Source of the DNA: Octopus sinensis
Lineage: Eukaryota
Assembly: GCF_006345805.1 (NCBI RefSeq)
Contig: NC_043009.1
Coordinates: forward strand, 58,094,001-58,158,000
Direction: 5' to 3'
Length of the DNA stretch: 64,000 nt
The position numbers and the translations under genes are program-made. Positions 12,024-24,859 of this stretch are shown here, one piece after another. The notes below the pieces were generated by a model. It had not been told where the DNA came from and made no database searches. It was given only the letters and a program-made list of their open reading frames with translations. The first letter of the stretch is position 1. The number at the start of each line of letters is the position of its first letter.

Positions 12024-13521
12024 GTTAGTTTTTACTGACAGTATGTATCCACAATTGCATCGCGCAAATTACTTCTTTCTAGGCATATTTATGTATGTAT
12101 GTATGTATGTATGTATGTATATATGTATGTATGTATGTATGTATGGATGGATGGATGGATGGATGGATGTACGTATGTATGCATATATATGTATGTATGT
12201 GTATGCATGTATGCAATCATGCATGCAGACATGTGTATACACGTATGTATGTATCCATGCATGTATGTGTTAATGTATATATGTATGCATGTATGTATAT
12301 ATGTATGCATATATGTATGATTGCATTCATGCAGGTATGTGTGTATACACGTATGTGTGTAAGCATGTATACGTGCATGCATGTATGTGTGTGTGCATGT
12401 GTGTGTATATATGTTCAGGTCCTCTATATCATCTTCAGCATATTCCATAATGTATGGCGCTCACATAAACATGACCAACTACTATTCCTCATTCCAATTT
12501 GTTTCGTTTCTATAGAATATCGATAATGAGAAACGTCCAATATATTGTTCCCCAGATTGATTTTTGAAGCTGCTTCTGAATAAACTTTCGAGGTCAGATT
12601 TTCAAAAAGCGTGTTGATGTTCCAAAAAGTGTGTCACGCTTCTTTCTCAACAGCTGTTTCGTAACTCCGCCAAAGGTTTGTTAGAAAGGCAGATCGCTGC
12701 CATACCCTTTCTATATTTCATGCCACTCAGCCTTTTTAAAAATTAGAATATTCTTGTAAAACCTGCTTATCATCTTCGTGTATCATCCATCTCCTCCTGC
12801 CTTGCCTTCTTCCTCGGACAACCCCACCAAGCTTTTACCTCTATAAAATACGTAATCGGATAACACTAGATTATTTGCTTATGGTACACAGAAGTATAGC
12901 TGTTGTCTTCTCCGGTTGAATCTTAGTTTCTAGATTGGTAATAATGACTAGTTTAGGATGGAATATATGTCTTCATCGGTGTTGTGCAAGAGCAAATATT
13001 TCTCCTTGTTAGGATGAGATTACTTCAATCAACTTTATCTTATTAATCAGCATAGCTTTGATCTTCGTGAGAAAAGTGGAATGACACTGAAAGCTGGTAC
13101 TTTCTGTATCACATCACAGTTGGGTCGTGTTGGTTTGGGCATTGTAGAATCTGTACACACTTAATCTTGTCCAAATGAATCATCAATTCACGTAGGCTCA
13201 TACACAATTTTCCAAAATGCATTTTGTAACCGGTGTGTTTTATTCTACTTGGTCTGACAGGATGGGATTCACAAACGCGCACATTGCCCACGACACAAAC
13301 TCCGATGTTCGTGCCCTATGTACCAGAATATTGAATAAAATTGGAAACTGTCGTCTAAAACACGAGAAATACGTAAAACAACTGGAAATTGTAACACATA
13401 AAAACCCATCTACGTCAACATATGCATACATGCACAGATAGATTGACACACATACTTAACCCAAACAAATGAATTTATTTACAAATGTACACTGATTCAC
13501 AGTGGACACACAGACACACAG

Positions 13522-13559
<38 letters not shown>

Positions 13560-13637
13560 GTGATTATTACTGTGGACATCATGTGGGCAGTCATCTAAAA
13601 GTTTTTGCTCTTCATGGTGCTGACATATGTTCCTTGT

Positions 13638-13720
13638 CTTTCCTGATGAGATGGCGGCATAATGCACCCTTTATTCCTTCGGAATTAGGAATACGCAGCC
13701 TTCGAAACATGTGTCGAGAG
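13638..13720 (+). ncRNA. Type I hammerhead ribozyme motif (Penelope-type), intact core
   Basis: Stem I CTTTC/GAGAG; CTGATGA at 13643-13649; long stem II GA.GGC.GC/GC.GCC.TC with an internal TATTCCT/AGGAATA hairpin; GAAAC-ATGT-GTC. Predicted cleavage after C13715. Confidence 0.75.
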
Positions 13721-13762
13721 TAAAGGAATTTTGTTAAAATCGTCGTTCGACTCCATTCTTTC

Positions 13763-13838
<76 letters not shown>

Positions 13839-14094
13839 CACGGGAGAAAAGATAAAATATTTTCTCTTAATATATTTCAAATACCTTTATTCTTACAATT
13901 TGAAATGAAGACATTTGTTGGTTTCTGGTTGAAAACCCCAGTGTTCTGCACTGGAAGAGTCTGGTTAAGAGTTTATACGGTTGCGTAACACAGTCTGGGC
14001 ACCTTGCAACTACGCTGTGACAATATCCAGCATATTGCAGAGAGTGTTTGAAGTCTCAAGGGTTCATAAAACCGACTTCGAATATTTCACTTAT

Positions 14095-14601
14095 CTTATT
14101 AACTTTGTGCCCTTAGAAAGAGATATTTCATATTCACGTCCTGGCGATCTTATCAATAGATTTTTGATGTACGAACTTGTAAATAAATGTTCATGGAAAT
14201 ATTGATTTATTACCGGTGGTTCATCTTTGCTTAAGTGAGCATGCGCTTTACAATAATAATATAGAAATGAATGTATCTGTACCGAATCCTGAAGCGATCT
14301 CTCCCTTGCGGTATCTGAGCAACTACACCTTCTGTCACAGATCTGATGACTGTTCATTTTTGATTCTGTATAGGCTAACAAAGAATCACCCCATACATTC
14401 AAAACGTAAGGTTGTGATTCTGACCGAAAGTTTATATATATATATACTTTTATGTATTGGCTTATGTTTTTCACTGTTTGATTTGCCTAATAGTGGTTTT
14501 ATCTCTAATTTAATATAATATAATATATTTATACTATAAAATTGGATTTAATCCTAATCTAATTTTTTCCCTGTAAGTTTGGATTTATTCCCTAATATTA
14601 T

Positions 14602-14605
<4 letters not shown>
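14095..14605 (+). mobile_element. Penelope-like element 3' fragment with decayed hammerhead
   Basis: Reads ...LERDISYSRPGDLINR..ELVNKC (PLE endonuclease end), then CTGATGA...TGATTCT/AGAATCA hairpin...AAAACGTA-AGGTTGTG. Region 14450-14605 is homologous to the reverse complement of 51870-52020. Confidence 0.6.
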
Positions 14606-14655
<50 letters not shown>

Positions 14656-14705
14656 AACAAGTAAAAAATAGAAAATGCTAAGATAATTTTATAGTGAATC
14701 TTTCA

Positions 14706-14741
<36 letters not shown>

Positions 14742-14868
14742 CTATTGTGAACTGTGTAGCTTTGCTAAGTTTCGGAAGAAGTAATTATGCGATTCGTTGG
14801 ATACCATGCTCTTGTAGGATGGGAAGAGTTCCTTTTTCAGCTTCACAATCTATATTTCTTTCATGTAG

Positions 14869-14998
14869 GGAAGTGCCTACAGAAAATGTAGAAGAAAAAA
14901 AGCAGAAAAGCAAATCAAAGCGTAGAGGGAGAAACAAGAAAAGACAGTACCTAACCTGCTCCTTTAGAAGTAAAAATTTTCCCTACATCAATCTACAG
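14869..14998 (+). CDS. Putative coding exon (basic, NLS-like)
   Basis: Acceptor tttctttcatgtag and donor CAG|gtaggc. Reads EVPTENVEEKKQKSKSKRRGRNKKRQYLTCSFRSKNFPYINLQ, ending in phase 0. Confidence 0.65.
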
Positions 14999-15208
14999 GT
15001 AGGCCCATCACATCAATACTGTTAGTTATCAAGATCGATACAGACTGCTATGAGAATTTGTTCGTGTATTTGTGTTCGAGCGTGTGTATGTGTGTCAGTA
15101 TGAATGCATGTGTTTGTGTGTATATGCATGTGTGTGCATGTGTCTTTGTTTGTGAACGTGCACGCGCGCGTGTGTGGGTGTAGAATCAAATGATTACCTA
15201 TCCTACAG

Positions 15209-15469
15209 TCAAGGAAATATCTCAATGCTATAGTGATTATAGACAAAGCGGTTTATAAATCCGATTTTTGGTGTCTGTTGAAGCATTGCAGATATGAAGA
15301 CGAAAGCAAAATACGTCCCACGTATTTACTGGATAAATCGGCATACCATGACGTCATGAGAGAATTCTATCGAAATATTGAAACGTATTATTATAGATCA
15401 CGTGAAAACGGACCACAGAATGTACTAGCACCCTTTTACGATCTCTGCGGAAGAATCGGATTAAAATGA
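15209..15469 (+). CDS. Putative terminal coding exon, uncharacterised protein
   Basis: Acceptor cctatcctacag in phase 0, compatible with the previous exon. Reads SRKYLNAIVIIDKAVYKSDFWCLLKHC...KIRPTYLLDKSAYHDVMREFYRNIETYYY...PFYDLCGRIGLK*. AATAAA lies about 120 nt downstream. Confidence 0.65.
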   Translation, partial: SRKYLNAIVIIDKAVYKSDFWCLLKHCRYEDESKIRPTYLLDKSAYHDVMREFYRNIETYYYRSRENGPQNVLAPFYDLCGRIGLK

Positions 15470-15589
15470 CGTCAGTGAAATTCCTTCATTCGTCAAAATG
15501 TTGAAGTGTATCCAAGTCTTTCGCTAGTTTTCAAATCTTTAACCGGGAAAAGAAGTTTTTATTTGCAAAACGAAACTAATAGTTGTATC

Positions 15590-15595
15590 AATAAA
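15590..15595 (+). promoter_or_regulatory. Candidate polyadenylation signal
   Basis: First AATAAA after the stop at 15469. Confidence 0.4.
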
Positions 15596-15736
15596 ATGTA
15601 AACACACACACACACACACACATGCTGAAACATAAATGCTTTCATACATATGTGTGCGCGTGGATATGGGTGTACGGGTGGATGTGGAGACATTCATACG
15701 CACAACACGAACACACACATATATACACACATATAA

Positions 15737-15785
<49 letters not shown>

Positions 15786-16168
15786 CGGGCGCGCGCGCGC
15801 GCGCGCGTGTGTGTGTGTGTGCGTGTATGTGTGTGCGTGTGTATCAGTGTGTGTGGATATTTCAGGTTATGCTACATTTGCAATTACAAGGCAGATATAA
15901 ACCCGCTGAATTCATGCTGTTTATTTTATTAAAATATGGGTATTTCAATATTTACGTGATCACTACTCTGACCTCTACCATGATATTGCATCAACAACAA
16001 TCACCACAAAACGTTTTTTTGGGGGAGATAATTCTTATTCACCTCTCATAAAGAAAGTCGCTAACACTTTCTTTCAGTGATTGAATTGAATTGTGGAGCA
16101 CGCATTTCCATTGGATTAAACGTATGTAGTAGTTCACCATTATATACATACATACATATATATATATA

Positions 16169-16239
<71 letters not shown>

Positions 16240-16273
16240 TATAATTTAAGACAAACAGTAAAAGGTTGTCCTT

Positions 16274-16333
16274 ATAATACTCCGAGTTTCAAAGGTCAGA
16301 GAGAAGAGCTACGATACATTCTTTTCAGCTATT
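16274..16333 (-). ncRNA. Decayed hammerhead motif in a PLE terminal repeat
   Basis: Minus strand reads AATAG-CTGAAAA-gaatgt...accttt-GAAAC-TCGGA-GTA-TTAT. Homologous to 17047-17105. Confidence 0.55.
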
Positions 16334-16566
16334 AATGGCAACAAAAGATATTGAGAAAAAAATTCACCAAAAGGGAAGTAACTCTAATATGTCCACCTAT
16401 ATATACACTCATACAGACATGTATATGTACATACACACACAAACATATATGTATGTATGTATGTACCCGTACATACACACATTGGCACTTACATGCACAC
16501 ACGTAACATAATACATATATTCATACATATATACATATATATACATATATATATGTATATATATAT

Positions 16567-16602
<36 letters not shown>

Positions 16603-16665
16603 CATACATACATACATACATACATACATACACACCCTCCTATGACACAACTACACCCGTAAATA

Positions 16666-16847
16666 TACAAACATATGAATACCTTAAACTTCAGACTCTA
16701 GAGTAAACGAAAAACTACCAAATTATCCAGTTATATATGGTTTCTAAAAGATCAAGGCGTCAAATACAGGATTTACTGGAAGATCTTACCCAGGTGCAAG
16801 CATTATACTAACGTTAGTGTCAATGCGGTCTTTGTAATATGGAAAGG
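16666..16847 (+). mobile_element. Penelope-like GIY-YIG endonuclease C-terminal fragment
   Basis: YKHMNTLNFRL*SKRKTTKLSSYIWFLKDQGVKYRIYWKILPRCKHYTNVS-QCGLCNMER matches the T.LS.YIW.LK...W.IL....Y.....C.LC..EK pattern. Confidence 0.8.
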
Positions 16848-17046
16848 CGGCTGATCTGGAAAAGTTCCTTACACCCCGCTACAGGTTTGAATTCAAAATG
16901 AACTTTTTGCTTCTTGTCCATATGTCACAAAATACCTGTTACTGTTTTAGGCTCATTGTTATATAGTGGAGCAGCATTATTATATATGTTTATATTGGAG
17001 AGGTTAGAAATTCTCCTACGGTTTTTCATATCGTCTCTTACCATTA

Positions 17047-17105
17047 ATAGCAGATGAAAATGTATGGTAGCTCTTCGCTCCGACATTTGAAACACCGAGT
17101 GCTAT
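17047..17105 (+). ncRNA. Decayed hammerhead motif in a PLE terminal repeat
   Basis: ATAG-CAGATGA-AAATGT...ACATTT-GAAAC-ACCGA-GTG-CTAT. Stems I and II are intact, but core positions U4 and H17 are mutated. Confidence 0.6.
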
Positions 17106-17559
17106 AATGACATCATCTTATCATTTGTTCTAAATTATCTATATATATAAATTTGATATGGGCGATTCTTTCTTGAGATTCACGGTGAAACGGCTGGGTG
17201 GAATTGCGCGAAATATTACACAGATGTGTAGAATGAACCGGTGGTGTTGCTGGGCTTTGTATTTTTTCATAGCTCCCATGGTTACCGAGATAATCTACTA
17301 TAATAATACTCTCGTGGTTTTGAATGAGAAAGGAAGAGGTAATAGATGAATAAGGAAGGGAGGGGTGATGTCATACTTGGTAGTGAGATGATGAAAATTC
17401 TACTCTAAAAAATAAATCAAACAGCGTTTCAGCTCTATGTGAATATGTGTGTATATGTAAAAGGCGAGAGTTTGTGAATGTGTGTGCGTGTGTGTGTGCT
17501 TGTTTGTGTGTGTGTGTGTGCATGTGCACGCGCAATGATAGTGGATTGGTTCATCCGTG

Positions 17560-17757
17560 TTCGCTTATAATTTAGTTTTTTTTTTGATTTGGTTAAATAT
17601 TGGTTGTTTTTTAGTTGGTCAGCTATGTTAGCGTCGTGACAAAAATAGTCATTCTAAAATTGCTTTTTAACGTGAGCGTGCCCAAACAAGTCGAATGCTT
17701 ACACAGAACAGGTTTTATCATCCAAACCGACCAGGTAAACCGGGCTTAGCTGCTAGT
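17560..17757 (+). mobile_element. Helitron-like 3' end
   Basis: Imperfect hairpin CCAGGT-aa-ACCGGG followed by CTTAGCTGCTAG|T. Confidence 0.45.
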
Positions 17758-18396
17758 AACATACATAAATAATCATCTAATTCTCTAATATCGAGGCCTC
17801 ATTGTTTTTTTCCTGTTACTTTTTATTATATGTATATATATATATACATATATGAAGGACTCTAACAATGGTAGATTAAAACTGCTTCTCTTAGACTCCG
17901 TGTTTAAAGGTACAAAAAACTCTAAGGGGCGCTAGTAGACATTACGATAGCTGTTTCTGCCTAGCGACGCTTTATCAGTTAGAAACACCTCTTTAACACA
18001 CACCATGTTAACAACCGCAGTTCTTATATTTAAACAGAAAACAAAATATTTGCAGGCATGCACAAAGTTATTTGAGACTGCAATTAATTAAATGCAAGGC
18101 ACAAAAACACCAGACATTAAAGTGAAACTAAGGAAATCTATATTAAACGCGCTCGTGTATACTCCAACGTAGGAAAATTATACTGAGGTATTACCATGCA
18201 GAATAAATTCTCTTAGCAGATAAAGAGTATATAAACTGATGTTGCCTTTGATGACGTAATCCGATTATAAGACACCTCTTTCTGTGTGGTTATTTCTATG
18301 AACAAATACGAATACAAGTTCTTATATTCTTTACAAAGATAAAAAAGTCTTACATATAGATATATAAATATGCACACACATGTATGTTTCTAACGA

Positions 18397-18444
<48 letters not shown>

Positions 18445-18446
<2 letters not shown>

Positions 18447-18627
18447 AAAAAGCACAACAACGCGAGGACGTGGAACAAATATAGTATTATTGGACACTCA
18501 GGAAAGACGGAAAGAAGGAGGGTTTAACGTTTCGAGCGGAGCTCTTCGTCTGAAACATAGGAGAAGAAAAGATCCAGAGAAGGGAAGACAGGGAAAAAAT
18601 CGCCAACGGTACACACGAGGTCACATT

Positions 18628-18630
<3 letters not shown>
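18445..18630 (-). mobile_element. Short PLE-derived repeat with minimal hammerhead variant (18522-18556)
   Basis: Minus strand reads GTTT-CAGACGA-A-GAGC tcc GCTC-GAAAC-GTT-AAAC. The downstream TTCCTGAG...TAATAC block is shared with the 4013-4351 units. Flanked by (TA)n on both sides. Confidence 0.7.
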
Positions 18631-18685
<55 letters not shown>

Positions 18686-19035
18686 GTATGTATGTGCATG
18701 TGTGTATGTGTGTGTCTCTGTGTTACTTGTTGGGATGTATCTAAGTGTGTAACCACGTACCTAATCGCGTAGAAGCGTGTTAGGTTGCAAATTAAGGAAT
18801 GCTAAATACAAAAGGGTTGGTACCTCATTTAGTTTAAATATATATTTGGGTTTATGTAGTAAATTAATACCTAGTAAACTATAATACATACGTTATAATT
18901 TATAAATGCATGGATGCATATTCTATGTTAAAATACAAATGAAAATGAAAACGTAATGTTGTAGTATATTAAGCGTATGCTTCCTCAATATGCTCTTTCC
19001 AGATCGATAATAGCCCACCAGCGAGAGAAATGATT

Positions 19036-19083
<48 letters not shown>

Positions 19084-19805
19084 GTGAAATAGAAAGATGA
19101 ATAATCTTGTAGTAGATTAATCAAAAGTTTAACCGATACCTTAGTAGCAAAAATCACAGCAGTAAACGGCGTTACAGCATTGGCGGCGTTACACTTATCT
19201 GGCCTTTAAATAGCGTTTATAAATAATACCGGCACCCATAGCCCTTGGTAACAAATTCTGAAATAGCCTTTAGATATCTACGATTAACCACTGCAAGGGG
19301 AATTACTCCTGTAAGACAAACGGGCTTGGTTTTTTCACAGCGGGGGGTTTCCTTGACAAGGCAGGCTTAGATGAACACACACACATAAAACATAATATAT
19401 ATATATTTTTTTTATTTTTTTTCTTTCTGCCACCCAACGGTTATCACGGCAGTAGCCACTGACAGCCGAACGATCAAAAAGCGCACACGTACACAAAAAA
19501 TGTTTTCTACCCCTACGCCAACACACACATATATAGAACAGTATACACACAACACGTCTCTAGGTAGATTTTTCTCGCCCCTTATAAAACATCCAATATT
19601 CCTTAATAGTCAGAACTTTATTCTCGGTCACAAAGAACATCTATACACCCTCACCCACATGATTGACCGATGCCTGACCCGTTGAATTCTTCAGCCACCG
19701 GTTCTCAACATACACTGATAAACAGTTTCGCCATGGGCTCTTAGGAGCACAGTTCGATTTGTTTTTTGCTCCGCCTCTGTTCTGTTTTTCCAACGGATTT
19801 CCTTT

Positions 19806-19894
19806 TTTCTTCCTGAAGAGAAAGACACAATATGGTCCCATTATTCAATCGGATTTTGGTAATTTGTGCCTTTCGAAACACGTGTAGAATGAAA
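19806..19894 (+). ncRNA. Type I hammerhead ribozyme motif, intact core
   Basis: Stem I TTTCTTC/GAA(t)GAAA; CTGAAGA at 19813-19819; stem II GAAAG.CACAA/TTGTG.CTTTC; GAA followed by palindromic ACACGTGT and A. Predicted cleavage after A19886. Confidence 0.75.
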
Positions 19895-19974
19895 TAAAAC
19901 GATTTCTGTTCAATCTGCGTTCAGCTCCATTTCTTCAATTCACAATAATGTTATATATATATATATATATATTT

Positions 19975-20470
19975 GTTGATACAACATCTAAAAGGTTCTG
20001 TTTAATGATACGGGATATATATATGGCGACTTTTCGAAAATCAGACATGCACTGTTTGTTTAGATTCCAAACATTATTTTTAAAGGAATAACGATTTTGA
20101 TAGAGGCTGTCTTTAAATTGGTTCGCAATCATACGAATATAATCAATATCATTACCATTAATATCTGTGGTGACCGTTCGCTGCCTACTTACGTGTTTTT
20201 CCCAGGCAGTTTCCATTTACTGGTTAAATTGCTTGAGATTGGCGATTGAATTTCCTTGTTTTAAAATTGAGTCATTTGGTTTAATGCACGGTTGGAATTG
20301 TTCGTCTTTAAGATTGAATGTTACATCTAAGGACTTCATCATTTTAAAATTACTTCTGACTGTAATCATTATATTCAGGTCGTTGAAGTGTTCGGTTCGA
20401 TCTATCATGAATTTATCTTCTTGCTGCACGTTTGTATTTCAAAATAATTTCCACACCATTAACGGATAAA
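19975..20470 (-). mobile_element. Internally deleted Penelope-like element (RT C-terminus joined to GIY-YIG)
   Basis: HFNDLNIMITVRSNFKMMKSLDVTFNLKDEQFQPCIKPND (RT motif 7 and thumb), then TVTTDINGNDIDYIRMIANQFKDSLYQNRYSFKN (YIG segment). Confidence 0.8.
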
Positions 20471-20531
20471 ATTTTCTCACAACAGTCGATTAACCATTAC
20501 AAGTGTACATCAAGGATAGGATATATACACT

Positions 20532-20574
<43 letters not shown>

Positions 20575-20863
20575 CACAAGCATATATGCATGTATGTGCA
20601 TATACATAATATTTTTATGCACATATATATACGCGTGCGTTACACATACATAAAGGTGTTGTCCTAGTTTAAGTATTGAAATCACTATCTTTAGTCATAA
20701 TTTCGATTCTCAGACTAGGCACTACATAATCTTCTAGATCAAAATTTTCCATTTCACATTGTAACCGAAAATGAGAAGTAACAAAATCTACTAAACGGAA
20801 TGGTAGGAAAATACTGTAATCGCTCGTAATCTCCAATCTAACGAGACGATAGTCTCGTGAAAC

Positions 20864-20908
<45 letters not shown>

Positions 20909-20916
20909 CAACTACG

Positions 20917-20967
<51 letters not shown>

Positions 20968-21733
20968 TAATATTCTTAAGGTCGCAATTTACTCACGCAG
21001 AATCTTTCAGAGCTTGTCGCTAATTTAGTTCTTAACCAAATCGGAATCAGTTAAGGTTTTTGAAGAGGGCTGGCCTCTAGCTACTTTTTAGCATTAAAAA
21101 TTAAGATTACATCAAAATTTTGTAGCAACGTCATTGGGGAGTAAGTAACGCGTCCAATCAAGTTTAGATCTAAATACCTTGTTTAATTTTAAAAGTAAAA
21201 TATATTTATCTTAGCTTCGATGGTAGAAGCATTAAAACTTTTATAGTTTTGGTCTCCTGCAACGAAAATTTGAATAAAAAAAGTTGTGAGGTAAAACCTC
21301 ATGAAAAAGACATATAAGGCAAAAATTTGGATTTAATTATAATCAACTTTTTCTTATATTTTAAAAAACAAGCTATATTTGAATTAAGTTTAAATGATAG
21401 AGCTGAATTCTAGGAATTCCATGGTATCAATCTGATGCAATACAGTTTTAAAAGAAAAAAACCAATGACTGTTTGTTTCTCGAATTTGAGGGTGATAATA
21501 TAGTTCTATACTTTTATGAATATAGTGCTAAAAGGGGACTTTTATATATGACACCTGCCTCATTGAGGTAAGGAGAAAATTATCAACGACACCGCTAATT
21601 GACATTCTTGACACATTATTAATTGGCATAATAGCATAGCCTGGAAAAAAACATGGATTACATGGAAAAATACGAGCAAGAGAAATATTATTCTTAAGAT
21701 TCGAAACTCGGCAATTTAGAGGACAAGTTATTA

Positions 21734-22351
21734 CTGAACAAGAACGTTTTTACTTGAAATATTGCAGCTTAGGATAAAATTTGACTATTAAAAATTGTTT
21801 GATTTTTAATTTACAAAGTAACATTATAATGAAAAAATGTGCCATCATTTCGTTGAAATATTGACACACTGGAATGAGAGCCAGAACTAGTTTTATGCCA
21901 AGTAGAATAGTATATATGGCAGGTAAATTCATTATGTAAAAAATAGGTACTGGGTCAAGACTAAATATGTGAAGACTTGGCAATAACTCAAGCAAATTTT
22001 ACTGTGAATTTGTTGTTATAGGTAGATTTTACTATAATATATAACTAATAATTTTATTATTCTATTTATTGTACTAGCTAATTATGTACTACTATTATTT
22101 TTTATAACCTATTTTCAAATCTTTGATTTTTAATTAATAATTTTGAAAAGCGAATTTTTTAAAGTGCCAAAAATATTTTAATTGAGTTATTTTTTATTTT
22201 TTTCATAGAAATAACAAGTAATAAAAAATAGAAGTAATAACTTGTAAAAAAAAATTAATTTTAATAAAAGCTAATATTTTCTAAATCTAAATATGTTATT
22301 TGAAATTTTATCCTTAGCTGCAATATTTTAAGTAAAAACATTTTTGTTCTG
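21734..22351. mobile_element. MITE with ~50-bp terminal inverted repeats flanked by TA (Tc1/mariner-type)
   Basis: ta|CTGAACAAGAACGTTTTTACTTGAAATATTGCAGCTTAGGATAAAATTT ... AAATTTTATCCTTAGCTGCAATATTTTAAGTAAAAACATTTTTGTTCTG|ta. Confidence 0.65.
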
Positions 22352-23825
22352 TACTTTACCAGATGTAATAATTCGTCTTGAATTTTCCAAGCGTAATAAC
22401 TAGTTCTAAGCAATCCCTAGCGAGACTGTTGGATGCACACGTCTCGGAGCAACTTTTTACTCTTCAGCTTCACACTCTGGAAGAGGGAGGCGTGATGAAC
22501 TGACTTATAGATCTTTCTCATTACAGTCATCGTACAGCGTCTAGTTATGCTAATCAGAGATTCTGCCGATTTTCTTTATTCATAACAATGCTTCATGTAT
22601 TTTATTAGGGCAAATTCGCCATTTAGCAAAAATGTGAGGAAGCCTGTCATATGTTTGTGTGTGTGCGTGTGCGCGCTTATTTGTATTTATATTTGTTCTC
22701 CACCCACCGCTTGGCAACGACGGTTGCTTACGTCCACGTGACTTAGCAGTTCGGCAAGCTATACCGATTTATAAAAAATGTACAGGTGTTGATTTTTTAG
22801 GCTAAGCCCATCAACGCGGTGCCCCCAGCAAGACCGCAATTCCAACCAATAACTGAGACGATTAAAAGGTAAAAACGTATGTAAAATTACAATTAGCTAA
22901 AGTGAATTTTCGTTTCTCAAAATGGCGGACCGACATTTGGCAGCCATTGCTTGAACGATGAGCAACACATAGAAGCGTTTCCATCAGTTTATGCTGTGGT
23001 CAGCTGGAAAGGAGCAAGGATTCTCTCAAAACGATGGACACTTTACTTTGCAGTTATAGTTTATCCTTAACTCTTCTCTTGCTAACCAGATCCTTAATGC
23101 TACAAAACAAAACGTGTAATTTTCGCCACAGGGTACCCCAATATCACTATCGAATCAGTGTGCTTGATATAAGGTATAAGATAGTAGGGCGTAATTTGAG
23201 GCTAAACTGACTGTTGTTTCTAGTTGCTCGAGTTACTACCACACATAAGGTTCAGTCGTTGACGCTTTATCTCATGCCTCTGATGCTAACCATATTGAAT
23301 GGATGCATAATTATAAGATACGTCGCTGTAATTCATAATATACATTTCCCAGAAGTCTTTCACGTACAGACTGACATTTCTTATTATACATTAAGTTGTT
23401 GCTGACGTTATACAGCCCAAGGTCAGCTCTGATCGATCAAGCTGTAATTGTGTCAATCTTATTCTCATTTATGTTCGTAATGTGTTAGAACAAAGATAAA
23501 TAAGTTAACGCTTTTCCTTCATTTTACATGACGTGCATATATCTTCAGTTAAAGGTTCTATTTGCGATAATTCAGATACACAATCAGACAGAAATACTCG
23601 AGAACAGCTATTTCAATTTGAATTGCCTCCCAGCAATTATTCTCAAAGAAACGGTTTAAACAAGAAAAGCAGAAGTAGTAGCTGCGCCCTTTCTTTCATT
23701 GCACATATACACTCACATAATATAATATAGTAATATAGTAATATATATATATATATATATAAATGCTCTAATATCTATACAGCCTTGGTTTTTTATCTTA
23801 CGCAAAAAATTCTTATATATATAAT

Positions 23826-24022
23826 CTTTACTCTTTTACTTGTTTCAGTCATTTGACTGTGGCTATGCTGGAGCACCGCCTTTAGTCGAGCAAATCGACC
23901 CAGGGACTTATTCTTTGTAAGCCCAGTACTTATTCTATCGGTGTCTTTTGTTGAACCGCTAAGTGACGGGAACGTAAACCCACCAGCATCGGTTGTCAAG
24001 CTAGGGGGACAAACACAAACAA

Positions 24023-24069
<47 letters not shown>

Positions 24070-24186
24070 TACGACAGGCTTATTTCAGTTTCCGTCTACC
24101 AAATCCACTCACAAGGCATTGGTCGGCCCGGGGCTATAGCAGAAGACACTTGCCCAAGATGCCACGCAGTGGGACTGAACCCTGAA
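23826..24186 (-). mobile_element. SINE family C
   Basis: Matches the reverse complement of 43481-43905 and has an internal (CA)/(TA) tract. Confidence 0.85.
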
Positions 24187-24414
24187 CAATATATATATCT
24201 TGTTTCGTATACATTCGAAGGTTTTTTTCCAAGAATCTAAAGCTGTTAGCTTAGTTTTTCCTTGGGGCTGGCCAGATTGGAGCAATCTCAAAATTAGTCA
24301 GACGAAATTGCGAGAATGATCCAGTTCTTGACTGAAGATTAAAGGCTTCGAATGACCCGTCCGTATTTTTTGTATCGTCTTCTGGATGTTTTGTGTTCTT
24401 GTCCCATTTTGTAT

Positions 24415-24445
<31 letters not shown>

Positions 24446-24567
24446 GTGGACGCCCCCAGACAATGAAGTAGACTAGCCTAATATAAAGGGAGAAGTTCAT
24501 ACTTGAACAGAGCAGAATAGTAGAGAAGATTTGAGTAGTTACCCGAACGTGCGACATAACAGTATAC

Positions 24568-24700
<133 letters not shown>

Positions 24701-24810
24701 TAATATATATATATATGTATATATATATATGTATTTATATATATATATATATATATCTACACACATATATATATATATACATATATATATATAGATATAT
24801 ATATATATAT

Positions 24811-24859
<49 letters not shown>

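Noticed and set aside
12420-13400. Non-repetitive stretch, possible exons
   Set aside because: Stops occur in the plausible plus-strand frames. There are faint minus-strand RTE-like motifs, too decayed to call.
15785-15830. (GC)n(GT)n Z-DNA-prone tract
   Set aside because: Ordinary compound microsatellite in this context.
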